Shown here piece after piece: positions 38,319-49,325 of a stretch of 63,399 nucleotides of DNA. Location of the stretch: NCBI GenBank assembly GCA_029210695.1, contig JARGFH010000015.1, forward strand, positions 1-63,399, read 5' to 3'. How positions within the stretch are numbered: position 1 is the first letter of the stretch; each line of letters begins with the position of its first letter. Source of the DNA: Acidimicrobiia bacterium. Its GTDB lineage: Bacteria; Actinomycetota; Acidimicrobiia; Spongiisociales; JAHEDJ01. The notes under the pieces were generated by a model. The model worked only from the letters and a program-made list of their open reading frames with translations. It did not search any database and had not been told where the DNA came from. The position numbers and the translations under genes are program-made.

Positions 38319-38858
38319 CTATGGCATCTGCGCATCGAGTTGAGCTACCGCATCTTCGACGGTGTCGACACAAGTAACGAGATTCCCATTGGTCGAGACC
38401 CGGTCGGTGAGCAGCGGAACGAGTTCCGACCACGGTGCGCCGACTGTGATGAGCGGGATCGGGGTCCTTCCGGAGAAAGACGCCACGAAGTTCAGGTTCC
38501 ATGTCACGACGAGCTCGGTCAGTGTCCCGAGGGATCCCGGCAGCGCGATCGCGGCATCAGACATGGCGAGCATTGCGCCGATCCGGGTCACTAGGTCGGG
38601 GGCCGGCCGCTCGGAGGTCAGATAGCCATTCGCTCCCGATCTCCCGGGGAACACGGTCGGTGCGGTTACGCCGATCACTTCGCCCCCGGCTCGGGCGGCT
38701 CCCACCGAAACCGCCTCCATGAGGCCGCCGTAACCGCCGTTGATGACCGTGTGGCCGCGCCCGGCGAGAAGCCCACCGAGGGTGACGGCGTTCTCGTAAT
38801 CAGGTTCGCCCGGCTGCGACTGGGACGACCCGAACACGCTGACGTGAGTACGGGACAT
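38319..38858 (-). CDS. LOG family protein
   Basis: VFGSS, NGGYGGLMEAVS and PGSLGTLTE. Confidence 0.9.
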   Translation of the reverse strand: MSRTHVSVFGSSQSQPGEPDYENAVTLGGLLAGRGHTVINGGYGGLMEAVSVGAARAGGEVIGVTAPTVFPGRSGANGYLTSERPAPDLVTRIGAMLAMSDAAIALPGSLGTLTELVVTWNLNFVASFSGRTPIPLITVGAPWSELVPLLTDRVSTNGNLVTCVDTVEDAVAQLDAQMP

Positions 38859-38977
38859 GACCGCGGCAGGTTAGCTGCACTGCCTACTGCCTACTGCCTA
38901 CCGCCAACTTCCGGCGATGCTCCCGGGTGGCTGAACGCGTAATCTGTCTCTGTGAAGGTTGGTCCAATGGAGGTCTT

Positions 38978-40411
38978 GTGTTCGATCCAGCAATGGCGGC
39001 CGTCGAAGGGGCCCTGGCGGCGGGTGCAACCTATGCCGATGCGCGGACGGTAGTGACCCGTCATCAACGACTCGATGCGGCGGACGGGCACATCAGCCGA
39101 ATCAGCGAGGATGAGAAGGCCGGTGTCGGCGTGCGAGCACTGATCGGCTCCTCGTGGGGCTTCTTCGCCGTCAACGACTTCGAGCAATCCCGCGCCGCCG
39201 GGGAGCGGGCGGCGGCCATCGCCGCCGCGTCTGCTCGGGTCCCCGGACAAGCACTGCCGCTGGCCGATGTTCCGGTGGTTGAAGCGTCGTATGCGACTCC
39301 CGTCGAAGTCGACCCGTTCTCGGTTGCGGTAAGCGAGAAAGCGGATCTGCTCGTCGACCTGACGGCTCAAATGATGGCCGGCGAGGGGATCTCACGAACG
39401 AGCGGGAAGCTCGAATTCTGGGATACGAGCAAGTGGTTTGTGTCTTCACAAGGTCACCGGATCAGTCAGCACATCGTTGAGTCCGGAGGCGGGATGGACG
39501 CACTCGCTATCGGCGAGGCAGAGTCGCAAGCCCGCTCGTATCCACAGTCGTTTGGACAGTATGAGACGGGCGGATATGAGGTGATCCGCAAGTGGAACCT
39601 GCCGGGCCATACGGCGAGGGTCGCCGAGGAAGCCGCCGCGCTACTGAAGGCCGATCGATGTCCGTCGGCCGTCACCGACGTAATCCTGGACGGCAGTCAA
39701 CTGGCCCTCCAGATTCATGAGTCGGTCGGTCATGCGACCGAACTCGATCGCATCCTGGGGTGGGAGGCTGCCTTCGCCGGGACGTCTTTCCTCGACCTCG
39801 CCCAACTCGGCAAACTTCGCTACGGATCGCAACTCATGAACATCAATGCCGACGCCACGATTCCCGGCGCCCTCGCAACGTTTGGTTTCGACGACGAGGG
39901 AACTCCCGCTCAACGCGTTCCGATCGTCTCCGAAGGGATCTGGGTTGGGGTCCTCTCCGGGCGGGATACCGCCTCCATTGCCGGCCTTCCGCCGGGTGGG
40001 ATGGTACGAGCAGATGGACATGCGCGGATCCCCATGGTCCGTATGACGAATGTCGGTTTGGAGCCGGGCCCGCACTCTCTCGAAGAGATCGTCGCCGATA
40101 CGAGGGAGGGGATCCTGATGGAGACCAATCGATCCTGGTCGATCGATGATCGACGGTTGAACTTCCAGTTCGGTTGCGAAATTGGCTGGGAAGTCAAAGA
40201 CGGCCGGATTGGGAGGATGCTCAGAAACCCGACCTACACCGGAATCACGCCTCAATTCTGGGGCTCGCTCGATCGCTTGGCCGGTGGCGACGAGTGGATC
40301 CACTGGGGGACGCCCAACTGCGGAAAGGGCCAACCGGCTCAGGTTGGACATACCGGGCACAGTGCTGCACCGGCCCGTTTTCACGAAGTACGGGTGGGGG
40401 TGTTGGGATGA
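38978..40411 (+). CDS. tldD: TldD metalloprotease subunit
   Basis: HESVGH, FDDEG, VRMTN and CGKGQP; SD GGAGG. Confidence 0.92.
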   Translation: MFDPAMAAVEGALAAGATYADARTVVTRHQRLDAADGHISRISEDEKAGVGVRALIGSSWGFFAVNDFEQSRAAGERAAAIAAASARVPGQALPLADVPVVEASYATPVEVDPFSVAVSEKADLLVDLTAQMMAGEGISRTSGKLEFWDTSKWFVSSQGHRISQHIVESGGGMDALAIGEAESQARSYPQSFGQYETGGYEVIRKWNLPGHTARVAEEAAALLKADRCPSAVTDVILDGSQLALQIHESVGHATELDRILGWEAAFAGTSFLDLAQLGKLRYGSQLMNINADATIPGALATFGFDDEGTPAQRVPIVSEGIWVGVLSGRDTASIAGLPPGGMVRADGHARIPMVRMTNVGLEPGPHSLEEIVADTREGILMETNRSWSIDDRRLNFQFGCEIGWEVKDGRIGRMLRNPTYTGITPQFWGSLDRLAGGDEWIHWGTPNCGKGQPAQVGHTGHSAAPARFHEVRVGVLG

Positions 40412-41739
40412 GGCGTCTTCTCGAGCTCTGCGAGGAGGTCGTCGAACGGGTGCCTGCGGGTATCGAAGCGCAGGCAAACATCCGGGTGACCCGCAAAGCA
40501 CTCACCCGGTTCGCCAACTCGTTCATTCACCAGAACGTTGCGGAGGACAGCGCAGTTCTGACGCTCGATCTCGCCGACGGCGGGAGAACCGCCCGGACCG
40601 CCACGACCCTCACCGACCATGCCTCGATCGAGCGGTTGGTGGCGGCGGCGCTCGCTGCCGTGGCGCTGAATCCCGTCGATGAGTACTGGACCGGGTTTGC
40701 TCCGCCGGGCCAAGTCCCGGCGGTCGATCATTACGATCCGGCAACCGCGGCGGCCGACCCCGGGGAGCGGGCGGCGGTCGTGGCGGACTTCATCGGAGCC
40801 GGCGGCGGACTCTCCGCGGCCGGGTTCTGCGATACGACCGAAGAAATTCTGGCGGTTGCGAATCACCTCGGCTTTCGCTTCGAGGGTGCGGCCACGTCGG
40901 CTGTCCTCGACGGCATCCACCAGACTCCGACCTCGGCGGGTAAGGCGCACCGCGCCTCCAGGTCGCTCGCCGCACTCGACGGCGCCGCGGTTGGGGCGGA
41001 GGCAGCCGGGATCGCTCGGGCTGCGGTAGGTGCCGTCGACGTCGACCCGGGTTCCTATGAGGTGGTACTTCGCCCCAACTGTGTCGCCACAATCGGGGCG
41101 TTTGTCGGGTTGTACGCCTTCGGCGGGAAAGCGGCGTCTGAAGGGAGGACGCAGGTGGTGGTTGGGGAACCACAGTTTGATCCGAAGGTGTCGGTGCGCG
41201 ACGACGTCACCGATCCGGCCGCGCTTGGCCTTCCGGTCGACTGGGAAGGGAACCCGAAGCTGCCGGTCGACCTCATCGTCGATGGAGTGAGCCGTGGGTT
41301 CGTGCACGATCGCCGCACGGCTGCCCAGATGAAGGTGACCTCGACCGGGCACGACTGGGAGTTCTCGACCTGGTTCGGACCGGCACCCACGAACCTGTTC
41401 ATCGGGGGCGGCGACCGATCCGAACGGGAGATGATCGCCTCGATTGAGCGAGGATTGCTGGTTACCGAGTTCAACTACTGCCGCATTCTCGACCCGACGA
41501 CCCTCTACGTGACCGGTTTGACCCGCAACGGAACTTTCCTCATCGAGGAGGGAAAGGTGACCCGACCGGTATCGAACCTGCGGTTCACAGAGTCCTTCTT
41601 CGAGACTCTGCGTGAGGGAAACGTTCTGGCGATAGGCAACGACCCGCGCCTGGCCGATTCGGAGTACGGGCCGAGAATGGTGCACGCGCCCACGATGCAC
41701 CTGGCTGCCTGGAACTTCACAGGAGGAGCCAGGGGATAA
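40408..41739 (+). CDS. tldE: TldE/PmbA subunit
   Basis: TRFANSFIHQN, TGLTRNGTFLIE.G and NLRF; ATGA overlap with tldD. Confidence 0.88.
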   Translation: MRRLLELCEEVVERVPAGIEAQANIRVTRKALTRFANSFIHQNVAEDSAVLTLDLADGGRTARTATTLTDHASIERLVAAALAAVALNPVDEYWTGFAPPGQVPAVDHYDPATAAADPGERAAVVADFIGAGGGLSAAGFCDTTEEILAVANHLGFRFEGAATSAVLDGIHQTPTSAGKAHRASRSLAALDGAAVGAEAAGIARAAVGAVDVDPGSYEVVLRPNCVATIGAFVGLYAFGGKAASEGRTQVVVGEPQFDPKVSVRDDVTDPAALGLPVDWEGNPKLPVDLIVDGVSRGFVHDRRTAAQMKVTSTGHDWEFSTWFGPAPTNLFIGGGDRSEREMIASIERGLLVTEFNYCRILDPTTLYVTGLTRNGTFLIEEGKVTRPVSNLRFTESFFETLREGNVLAIGNDPRLADSEYGPRMVHAPTMHLAAWNFTGGARG

Positions 41740-41801
41740 CCCGCGACCCGCGACCCGTAACTCTGGGCCTATTGCCTATTGCCTATTGCTATCTTCTCTT
41801 T

Positions 41802-42884
41802 GTGCCCCGATTCCGCTCTGATCTCGACCAGATCGTCCCGTACACACCGGGCAGGTCGATCGAAGAGGTGGCTGCCGAGTCGGGTATCAGCGACATCGCC
41901 AAGCTCGCTTCCAACGAATGCCCTTTTGCTCCATGTCCCGAAGTGATCGAGGCAATGGCCGTGGCCGGTGGCGGCGTCAACCGCTATCCGGACAACGATC
42001 AGCGAGCCTTGCGGGCGGCCACCGCCGAACACCTCGGCATTCCAGAGGATCACCTCTGGTTTGGTGGCGGGAGCTCCGACCTGTTGCGTTCGATCGGGCT
42101 GGCGATGGGCGGATCCGGCACATCGGCGGTGTGTGCGTCGCCTTCTTTCGTTCTCTACCGGATCGTCACCCACATCGCCGGTTCAGAACCACTCGAGGTC
42201 CCACTGACGGATACCTGGGTCCATGACCCGCAGCGACTCGTCGAAGCGGTTCGGGAGGACACCACCCTGCTGTATTTGTGAAATCCCAATAATCCGACCG
42301 GACCCCACCTGCCGGCCGAGGATGTGCGATTGATCATCGATCAAGTGCCCGATCGAGTCCTCATCGTGGTAGACGAGGCCTATCTGCACTACGCGGGCGC
42401 CACCGATTTCTCTACCGCAATTCCGCTGGCGCTCCAACGCGACAATGTGGTCGTTACGCACACATTCTCCAAGGTCTACGGATTAGCCGGGCTGCGGGTC
42501 GGATACGCGGTCGGGAGGCCTGACACGCTCCGCTCGCTGCGCAAGACCCAGGCACCGTTCCCGGTCACGGCGATCGCCCAAGCAGCCGCGGCTGAAGCTC
42601 TCAACCATCAGGACCGGGTTTCTGCCCGGGTGGCCCACAATGAGCGCGAACGGGCACGTATGATCGGGGCGTTCGAGCGGCACGGAATCGAGTTCGCCAC
42701 CAGCCAGACGAACTTCATATTTCATCGTTCGCCGAACCGGGCGTCGGAGTTCATTTCCCAAGGTGTCATCGTCCGACCGGCAGTCGACGGATGGGTACGC
42801 ACAACGGTTGGCCTGGACGGCGAGAACGACCGGTTCCTGGCCGCGCTGCATGCTCTCCAATCCGCCCGCCGAGATTTCGCCTAG
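41802..42884 (+). CDS. hisC: Histidinol-phosphate / aromatic aminotransferase with an in-frame UGA at 42279-42281 (recoded or pseudogene)
   Basis: KLASNE, NRYPD, L*NPNNPTG, DEAY and TFSKVYGLAGLRVGY; ORFs 41772 and 42324 share one frame. Confidence 0.85.
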
Positions 42885-42941
42885 AAACGCCCGACTCCTA
42901 ATCTGCTGGTACCCCGTCGTTTCCCGCCACTAGGAGCAATT

Positions 42942-45863
42942 GTGGAAAGAATCATCAGGCTGCTTGCCCGCGTTGTGCGCAGCTCGCCGTGGTTGATCGT
43001 GATCGGATCTTTGATCTTTACGCTCGTCCTCGGATCTTTCATCTCGCAGCAAGTGCAAACGCAGGGCAATGAGGGGTTCGCGCCCGACGCGCCCGAGTGG
43101 GCGGCCAGCCTGACGATCAGTGAGAAGTTCAGTTCGAACAGCGAAACCCCGATGCAGGTGCTGTTCGAGTCGGAGACCGGTGACGTTCTGACCGCGGATG
43201 GATTGCAGGCGTATGCCGCCGCCACTGAAGCGGTCCTGGCCAGTGAAGCCGCGCCCTACCTGTCCGAACGACCGGATGGCGCGATTCAGGGCTTCTTCAG
43301 GCCACTTCTGCAAGGGCTGGAGGCGCAGGGGATTCCCATCTCTGCGCTGGCCGATGATGCCGCCGTCAAAGGTGGGTTCGACGATTCGCTGAGCCAGCTG
43401 CCGCCCGAGTTCGCCGGCTTCTTCACCCAGCTTCTGTCTTCTGAGAACACCGATCTGGCCGTCCCGTCTTCGAGCGCCGGACTGATGGTCGTCTGGCTGA
43501 ACGTTGCCGATCTCGACGAGGCCGGCATCCAGGAGATCCAGTTCGATCTGGCGGCCAAACTGCGCGAGGCGTCGTCCGCTTCCGTCTCCGTTCAGCCGTT
43601 CAGCTTCTTCCTGTTGTTCGAGAACCAGGACGCCTTCCTGGAGGACATCGGCCGGTTGTTCGGTCAGGCAGCCGCCATCATCCTGGCGATTCTGATCTTC
43701 GTGTTCTTCCTTCGCCCTCGCGGTCGGAGGGGAATGGACGACCGGACCCGCGGCATACGCCTGGTTCCCTTGTGGATCACGACTGCGCTGGTGGGAGTCC
43801 TGGGCGCCGGGCTCTTGATCTGGCCATCGCCGGTATTGGAAAACATGGACCTGGGCGGCGAGGGCGGCTCCTTCATATTGGCGCGCCTCCTCGGCGCCGT
43901 CCTGCTCGTTGTGGCGTTCGGGCTTGGGCGTGTTCTCACGTTGGGCGAACCCTGGGCGCGTCGCACCTTGTGGGACTTTCATGTGATTCTGTTGCCGGCC
44001 GGGTTGGTCTTCTGGATTCTCTCTTCCTTGATCAGTGTTCCGATCGGTTGGGCGATCCTGGCCTTCCTTGTGTTGTTCCTGGGCGGGTTCCGGTTCGTTG
44101 AGTGGTGGACGCGTCGTGCGTGGGCCGACATGGGCCTGACGTTGCTGACGATCATGATGTCGATCGCCTGGATGCAAGGTATCGGTGTCCTGCTGGGCCC
44201 CGGGTTCCTTGGATGGATCGGCGCGTTTTCCGAGATGTTGCAGATTCTTCCGATTCTGCTCATCGGACTCGGCGTTGACTACGCCATCCACTTGAACTCC
44301 CGGTACCGGGAGGAACTCGGCTCAGATACGCCGGTCGACAAGAGCGCCGGTCGGGCGACCAGGACGGTCGGGGTTGCTTTGGTGCTGGCCACCGTGACGA
44401 CCGGTGTCGGGTTTCTCACCAACGTGACCAATCCGGTGCCGGCGCTGCGCGACTTCGGGATCCTTGCCGCGATCGGGATTACGTCCGCGTTCTGGCTGAT
44501 GCTCACGTTCTTCCCCGCGGTGCGAATGATCCTCGATAGGCGCGCGGAGAAGGCCGGCCGCCTCCCAACCAAATCCTTCGGCCAGGGCGGCGAGCGGTTG
44601 CTGCCACGCTTGATGGGTAGTGCATCGGTGTTCGCCGAGAGACTGCCAATCCCCACCTTGATCGTTGCCTTCGCCCTGGGTGGGCTGGGTGTGTACGGCA
44701 CGACCCAACTGTCTACAGAGTTCAGCTTCACCGACTTCATTCCGGAAGGCTCTGCGGTCCTGGAAACCGTCGATGCCCTCAACGAGCAATTCGCCGGTGG
44801 GTTCGGCGAATCGACGCAGGTCTTGATCGAGGGTGACGTTGCGACGCCGGCGGTTCACAACGCATCGGTCTCGGCATGGCAGAACATGGCCGACACCGAG
44901 AACGTGCTCAACTTCGGTGGGCAGGCGGCGGCCAATTTCCCGGCCACGATCCTCGGACAACTCGTCACACCGCCGGAGTCCGGGGGGAGTGAGCTATTCA
45001 ACGAGGAGTTCTCACAATATGCCTTCAGTTCAGGCCTCCAACCGGACTTGACGGTCGCCGCCGAGGCCGACGTAGCAGCTCTCTACGAGCGGGCTGCCGA
45101 ACTCGCACCGGATCAGATGGCCGCAGTTCTGGCTCGCAGCGACGACGGAACCTACGGCTATGTGGACATGTCGGTGTCCACGCAGGCCGGCGAGGCAGGC
45201 GTCCAACAACTCTCCGCGGATCTGGCTACCGACCTGGCGCCGGTCTCTGCGCTCGACGGGGTGACTGCGGTGGCGACGAATGAGAACATCATCTCGCAGG
45301 TAGTGGTGACCTCGCTGTCGGAGTCGCAGCTCAGGTCGCTGCTGATCACCCTGGCGGCGGCAGCCTTTTTGCTCGTTCTCAACTTCCTCATCGAGGCTCG
45401 CCGACCGTTCCTGGGCATCATCACGATCTTGCCGGTTGCCCTGGTTGTTCTCTGGACGTTCGGGATGATGGCCTTGACCGGAATCCCGTTCGGGCCGGTG
45501 ACTGCCACGATTTCCGCGCTGGCGATTGGCATCGGTGTGCCGTACACGATTCACATCACGCATCGGTATCAGGAAGACCGACAACGCTACGACAACCCGG
45601 AAGAGGCGATTCACTCGACGACGCGCCATACCGGCGGCGCTCTGGCCGGATCGGCGTTCACGACGGTGGCCGGCTTCGGCATTCTGGTCACGTCATCGCT
45701 CGTGCCCTTCCAGCAGTTCGGGGCGGTGACTGTCTACGCGATCAGCTTCGCGCTCATTGCCGCGGTCTTGGTTCTGCCGTCCATGCTGGTGCTCTGGGAC
45801 CGCTGGCACCGCGGGCGCGGTGAGCCGATCGTCGAGCACCGCCAGGTAGTCGGGGTCGAGTAG
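42942..45863 (+). CDS. MMPL/RND family transporter
   Basis: IGLGVDYAIH...RYREE and IGIGVPYTIH..HRYQE; two TM halves with large extracytoplasmic loops. Confidence 0.92.
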   Translation: MERIIRLLARVVRSSPWLIVIGSLIFTLVLGSFISQQVQTQGNEGFAPDAPEWAASLTISEKFSSNSETPMQVLFESETGDVLTADGLQAYAAATEAVLASEAAPYLSERPDGAIQGFFRPLLQGLEAQGIPISALADDAAVKGGFDDSLSQLPPEFAGFFTQLLSSENTDLAVPSSSAGLMVVWLNVADLDEAGIQEIQFDLAAKLREASSASVSVQPFSFFLLFENQDAFLEDIGRLFGQAAAIILAILIFVFFLRPRGRRGMDDRTRGIRLVPLWITTALVGVLGAGLLIWPSPVLENMDLGGEGGSFILARLLGAVLLVVAFGLGRVLTLGEPWARRTLWDFHVILLPAGLVFWILSSLISVPIGWAILAFLVLFLGGFRFVEWWTRRAWADMGLTLLTIMMSIAWMQGIGVLLGPGFLGWIGAFSEMLQILPILLIGLGVDYAIHLNSRYREELGSDTPVDKSAGRATRTVGVALVLATVTTGVGFLTNVTNPVPALRDFGILAAIGITSAFWLMLTFFPAVRMILDRRAEKAGRLPTKSFGQGGERLLPRLMGSASVFAERLPIPTLIVAFALGGLGVYGTTQLSTEFSFTDFIPEGSAVLETVDALNEQFAGGFGESTQVLIEGDVATPAVHNASVSAWQNMADTENVLNFGGQAAANFPATILGQLVTPPESGGSELFNEEFSQYAFSSGLQPDLTVAAEADVAALYERAAELAPDQMAAVLARSDDGTYGYVDMSVSTQAGEAGVQQLSADLATDLAPVSALDGVTAVATNENIISQVVVTSLSESQLRSLLITLAAAAFLLVLNFLIEARRPFLGIITILPVALVVLWTFGMMALTGIPFGPVTATISALAIGIGVPYTIHITHRYQEDRQRYDNPEEAIHSTTRHTGGALAGSAFTTVAGFGILVTSSLVPFQQFGAVTVYAISFALIAAVLVLPSMLVLWDRWHRGRGEPIVEHRQVVGVE

Positions 45864-45905
45864 CCGTCGCTCGCCGTCTTCGGCCAGATGTGAATCCTCA
45901 GAGTA

Positions 45906-46013
45906 TTCTCCGCAATGCTATGCATCGTGGTGATCCACTGTATTGCTGAGAAAAGTCATCCCTGTTTCTCCGCAATGCTATGGACCGTGGCGATTCACTG
46001 TATTGCTGAGAAA
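45906..46013. repeat. REP-like palindrome doublet, 60-bp period
   Basis: TTCTCCGCAATGC...GTATTGCTGAGAA occurs twice. Confidence 0.85.
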
Positions 46014-46104
46014 GCTGTGGTCTCTCTGTTTGGCGATGTTTTGGGTCTTTCAGGCATCGTGGGCAAGACACAGGAGGCCACTCCGATGAGAGCGAGGAAC
46101 CACT

Positions 46105-46284
46105 ATGCCGCGTCTGAGCGCCCCCACCCGGAATACCTTCTCGATCGCCATCGTTGCGATCGTCATCGGCATCCTCCTCTGGATGGATGTGCTCGATCTC
46201 GGTGTCGACCCCGAGATCGCATACTGGACGACGGCCGGCGGAGCAGTCCTGCTGTTGATCGGCAACCTCTTCAACAAGCTCTAG
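46105..46284 (+). CDS. 59-aa two-TM membrane protein missed by the ORF track (MPRLSAPTRNTFSIAIVAIVIGILLWMDVLDLGVDPEIAYWTTAGGAVLLLIGNLFNKL)
   Basis: SD GAGGA, ATG start, two hydrophobic helices, GC3-rich codons. Confidence 0.75.
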   Translation: MPRLSAPTRNTFSIAIVAIVIGILLWMDVLDLGVDPEIAYWTTAGGAVLLLIGNLFNKL

Positions 46285-46319
46285 TGGGCCTGTGATGGAC
46301 GGAGCCTCAGGCCGCGCTG

Positions 46320-49226
46320 ATGCGTGACCTCGCCGGGAGGGCCACTGGTAATCGGAGACTGGGGCGTCGATCGAAGTCGTCGGTCGCCGTCGGAATGTCG
46401 GTCATCTTGCTGGCGGCGTGTACATCGAATGGCGAGGCGGTCCGGGACCAGCCGTCGCTACCGCCCTCCGACTCTTCGCCATTGGCTCCCGCGCCGCAGC
46501 AGCAGCCTGTCTCCGATGATCTCGGCGAATCGAGCACCGCAGGTGGCGCCACAGTGGTACTGGTGGAGTCTGAGGAGGCAATCATCGAACCGGGCACCGT
46601 CGCATCGTTCTCAACCCGCAGTCGCCTGACCGGAGTCCTTCGCCTCGTAGCTCCCGCCGGTAGCGAGCTGATCGGACCATTCGTCGACGGTCGAGCCGAG
46701 ATTCCCGTCCCGGATGATTCTCCTGAAGGGGAGTACCTCGTCATTATGGAGGGAGAGGACGGGGCCCTCGGAGTGGGAACGTTCCTGGTGGCGGCCGGCC
46801 CTACAGTCTGGCTCCGATCGGATCGGCGGTCGGTCGGTCCGGCCGATGAGGTAGTGGCGCGACTGGACGCCCATCGAGTGAATGATGATGCGCTGGCCCT
46901 GTTCGGGTGGGGCGATCTTGATCTGGCCTCGTATGTCGAAGGCGACGGGGGCGAGGAGGGCGAACCGCTCGGTTTTCTCGTCCCGGATGGCGACGGTTTC
47001 CTGCAGCCCGGATACGATCCCGTTCCGCTCCAGGGCCTGGCCGGTCGGTCGCTGCTGATGTCCGGCATGCAGGTCGCCGGTCTCCAGGCACTCGTCATCG
47101 ATCCCGAACGCGAAGAAGCGCTCTACTCGAATTTCCTTCCTCGGGCGGGCTGCGCTGAAACCTCCCGGCTCTCCGGAACGATCGGAGGCCCGGGTGCACT
47201 GCGGGTCCTGTCCACCGGTGATGGCCTACGAAGCGCCGGCCTGATCACCGGAGATGGAACATTCTCAATCGACGCTCCGCATGGTCGGTTGGCCGCCTTT
47301 GGCGCCAGGGATGACGGCCAACAGATTGAGCCCCTCATGTTCGACATCCCATGTGGAGCGGCGGCGGTAGTCGATCTGGAGCATGGCGACTTCGAGGTCA
47401 CCGCCCTCGAAGCGCAGGCCCCGGATGTTGCCGAGTTCCCTGGGGATAGTGGAACCCTCACCTTCACCGGAGACATCGAAACGGAGTTCCTCGTTGAGCC
47501 GTTCTGCGACTACCGCGGGTCCGAAATCAAGATCGCATTCGCCACCTATGACCCGGACGTACCGGCCGTGTTGCTGTTCGTCGACGGTGGGGACACCCCC
47601 GATTCGTACGATGGTCGGCTGGAGATCAGGGACTGGTCGCAGGGCGGTGCGCAGTCCGGCGGTCTTGCAGAAATCGGAGTCTCGTACAGCCCGGGGGCAC
47701 TCCTCGCCGAGGGTACGTTCGAGCTCGATGCCCGCTATTCCGGTGCCGCCGGGGACGGTGCGGTGACCGGCAACTTCACGTGCACCGTTCTCGGCCTCAC
47801 AACACCGGCGATGTCCGATCAAACGGTCGGGCCAACCGAAGTCACATTTGATCCCCTGGCTGTGGCGCCCGTCTCTCTGTTTGATGCGCGGGGTCCCGAT
47901 CCCGCGGTGGCGTCTCCCGCCTGTCGCAATCTGGTCATCGACGACGGTGGAGATCATGCAGCGGGAACTCTGCTCGCAGCCACTTTGCGACAGGAGCTTC
48001 CAAGGGCTGCGGTGGCGACGAGATCAGAGCTCGATTGGCTGCTGAGCGCTACCGCCGGTGGCTACCTCGGCCCGGGACGTGCTTCCGAGGTGGCGGTCGC
48101 GGTGGCGGGGGCTTTCCCGGATCTCGCCATAGTCGCGAACGACGATGGCGAGACGATCAGTCTCCATATCAAACCGATGAGCCAAGAACCCCGTCCGGTC
48201 ATGTTCGCCGACGCGGCTCTCGGGGGCGAGGTCGGGGCCTCCGGCCCGCCCCGCGACAGCTCCGGCCCGTGGACGGTGACAGAACCACTGCAGGGCGTGT
48301 CTCGGGCACTGGCCGACGGTGTGCTGTGCGTCGACCTCGATGACATCTAGGCCATCCCCGGCGAAGCCACCCAGATGGTGGTCATGGTCACCGATCTGGC
48401 CGGCGAACCGGTCGACGGCGTCACGGTTCGGATCGGTGAGTTTGAGCTGGGGACGGTCGATCCATCGGTCGGGACCACGTCCGGAGGGACGGTACAAGCG
48501 ACACTCTTGACGACGGACAGCGGTTCGGGATCCGTCGGCGTTGAAGCCGGCGGCGAGAGATGGGGGTCGACGATGGCCTTTGCCCTTCTCCAGTCCGCCT
48601 CCTCCTACTCCCTCGAAGGCCAGTACCGGGTCGTGCTCAACCCCGATGACGATGGTCCAATAGCTCCCGGCCCGCTGAGCGTGACTCTTGGTGCCCGCTC
48701 CTGTTTCGGCATGTCGGGAGCGTGGCGCGGGGTCATCTACATCGAGGCGGGCCCCTATTTGAGCCTGATTCAGGCGGCCGGGGCTGTGACTACGGGCCTT
48801 GGTATGAGCCTCCAGGACCCCGCCGTTGCAGCCATCTCGGTACTTGGAGCCCTCACTAGCCCATCGGAGTTGATCGAGGGGACGCCAAGCATCGCCGGGA
48901 TACCTGTGGAGTTCATCGAATCTGCGTTCGGTCCGATGCAGGGCATCGATCCTGCGAGCGCCATTCCGGTGCCCGTTACGTTATATCTTCCGCCGGCTGG
49001 CGGCCCTGTTCAACTCGAGATTGGGGGTTTGATCGGCAGCGACTTCGCCGGCAAGTACGACGGCCGCAGGAGCCTGGTGCAGTTGAGTGCGAACGGGATT
49101 CATCTGCTTACCGCCCGGATCCGACCGGAGGAGTCCTGCGACCCGTTCGAGCTGGATCAAAGCTACAACGAGTTCCTGGACGTGTTCGAGAAGTGGATTG
49201 ACGAGTTGTCTGCAGATGTTCCGTGA
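46320..49226 (+). pseudogene. Large multi-domain lipoprotein interrupted by an in-frame TAG at 48348-48350
   Basis: Lipobox LLAAC; ORFs 46320-48350 and 48375-49226 share one frame; Ig/Big-1-like VTDLAGEPVDGVTV follows the stop. Confidence 0.65.
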
Positions 49227-49325
49227 CGGGTTTGGAAGGCTTCCTCGCGGCCCGGCCCATCCGTCTGTAACTGGGCTCCCTGGGAGTGGTATGCCGCGGG
49301 GCTAGCCGACTGATAGCCTCGCGAC

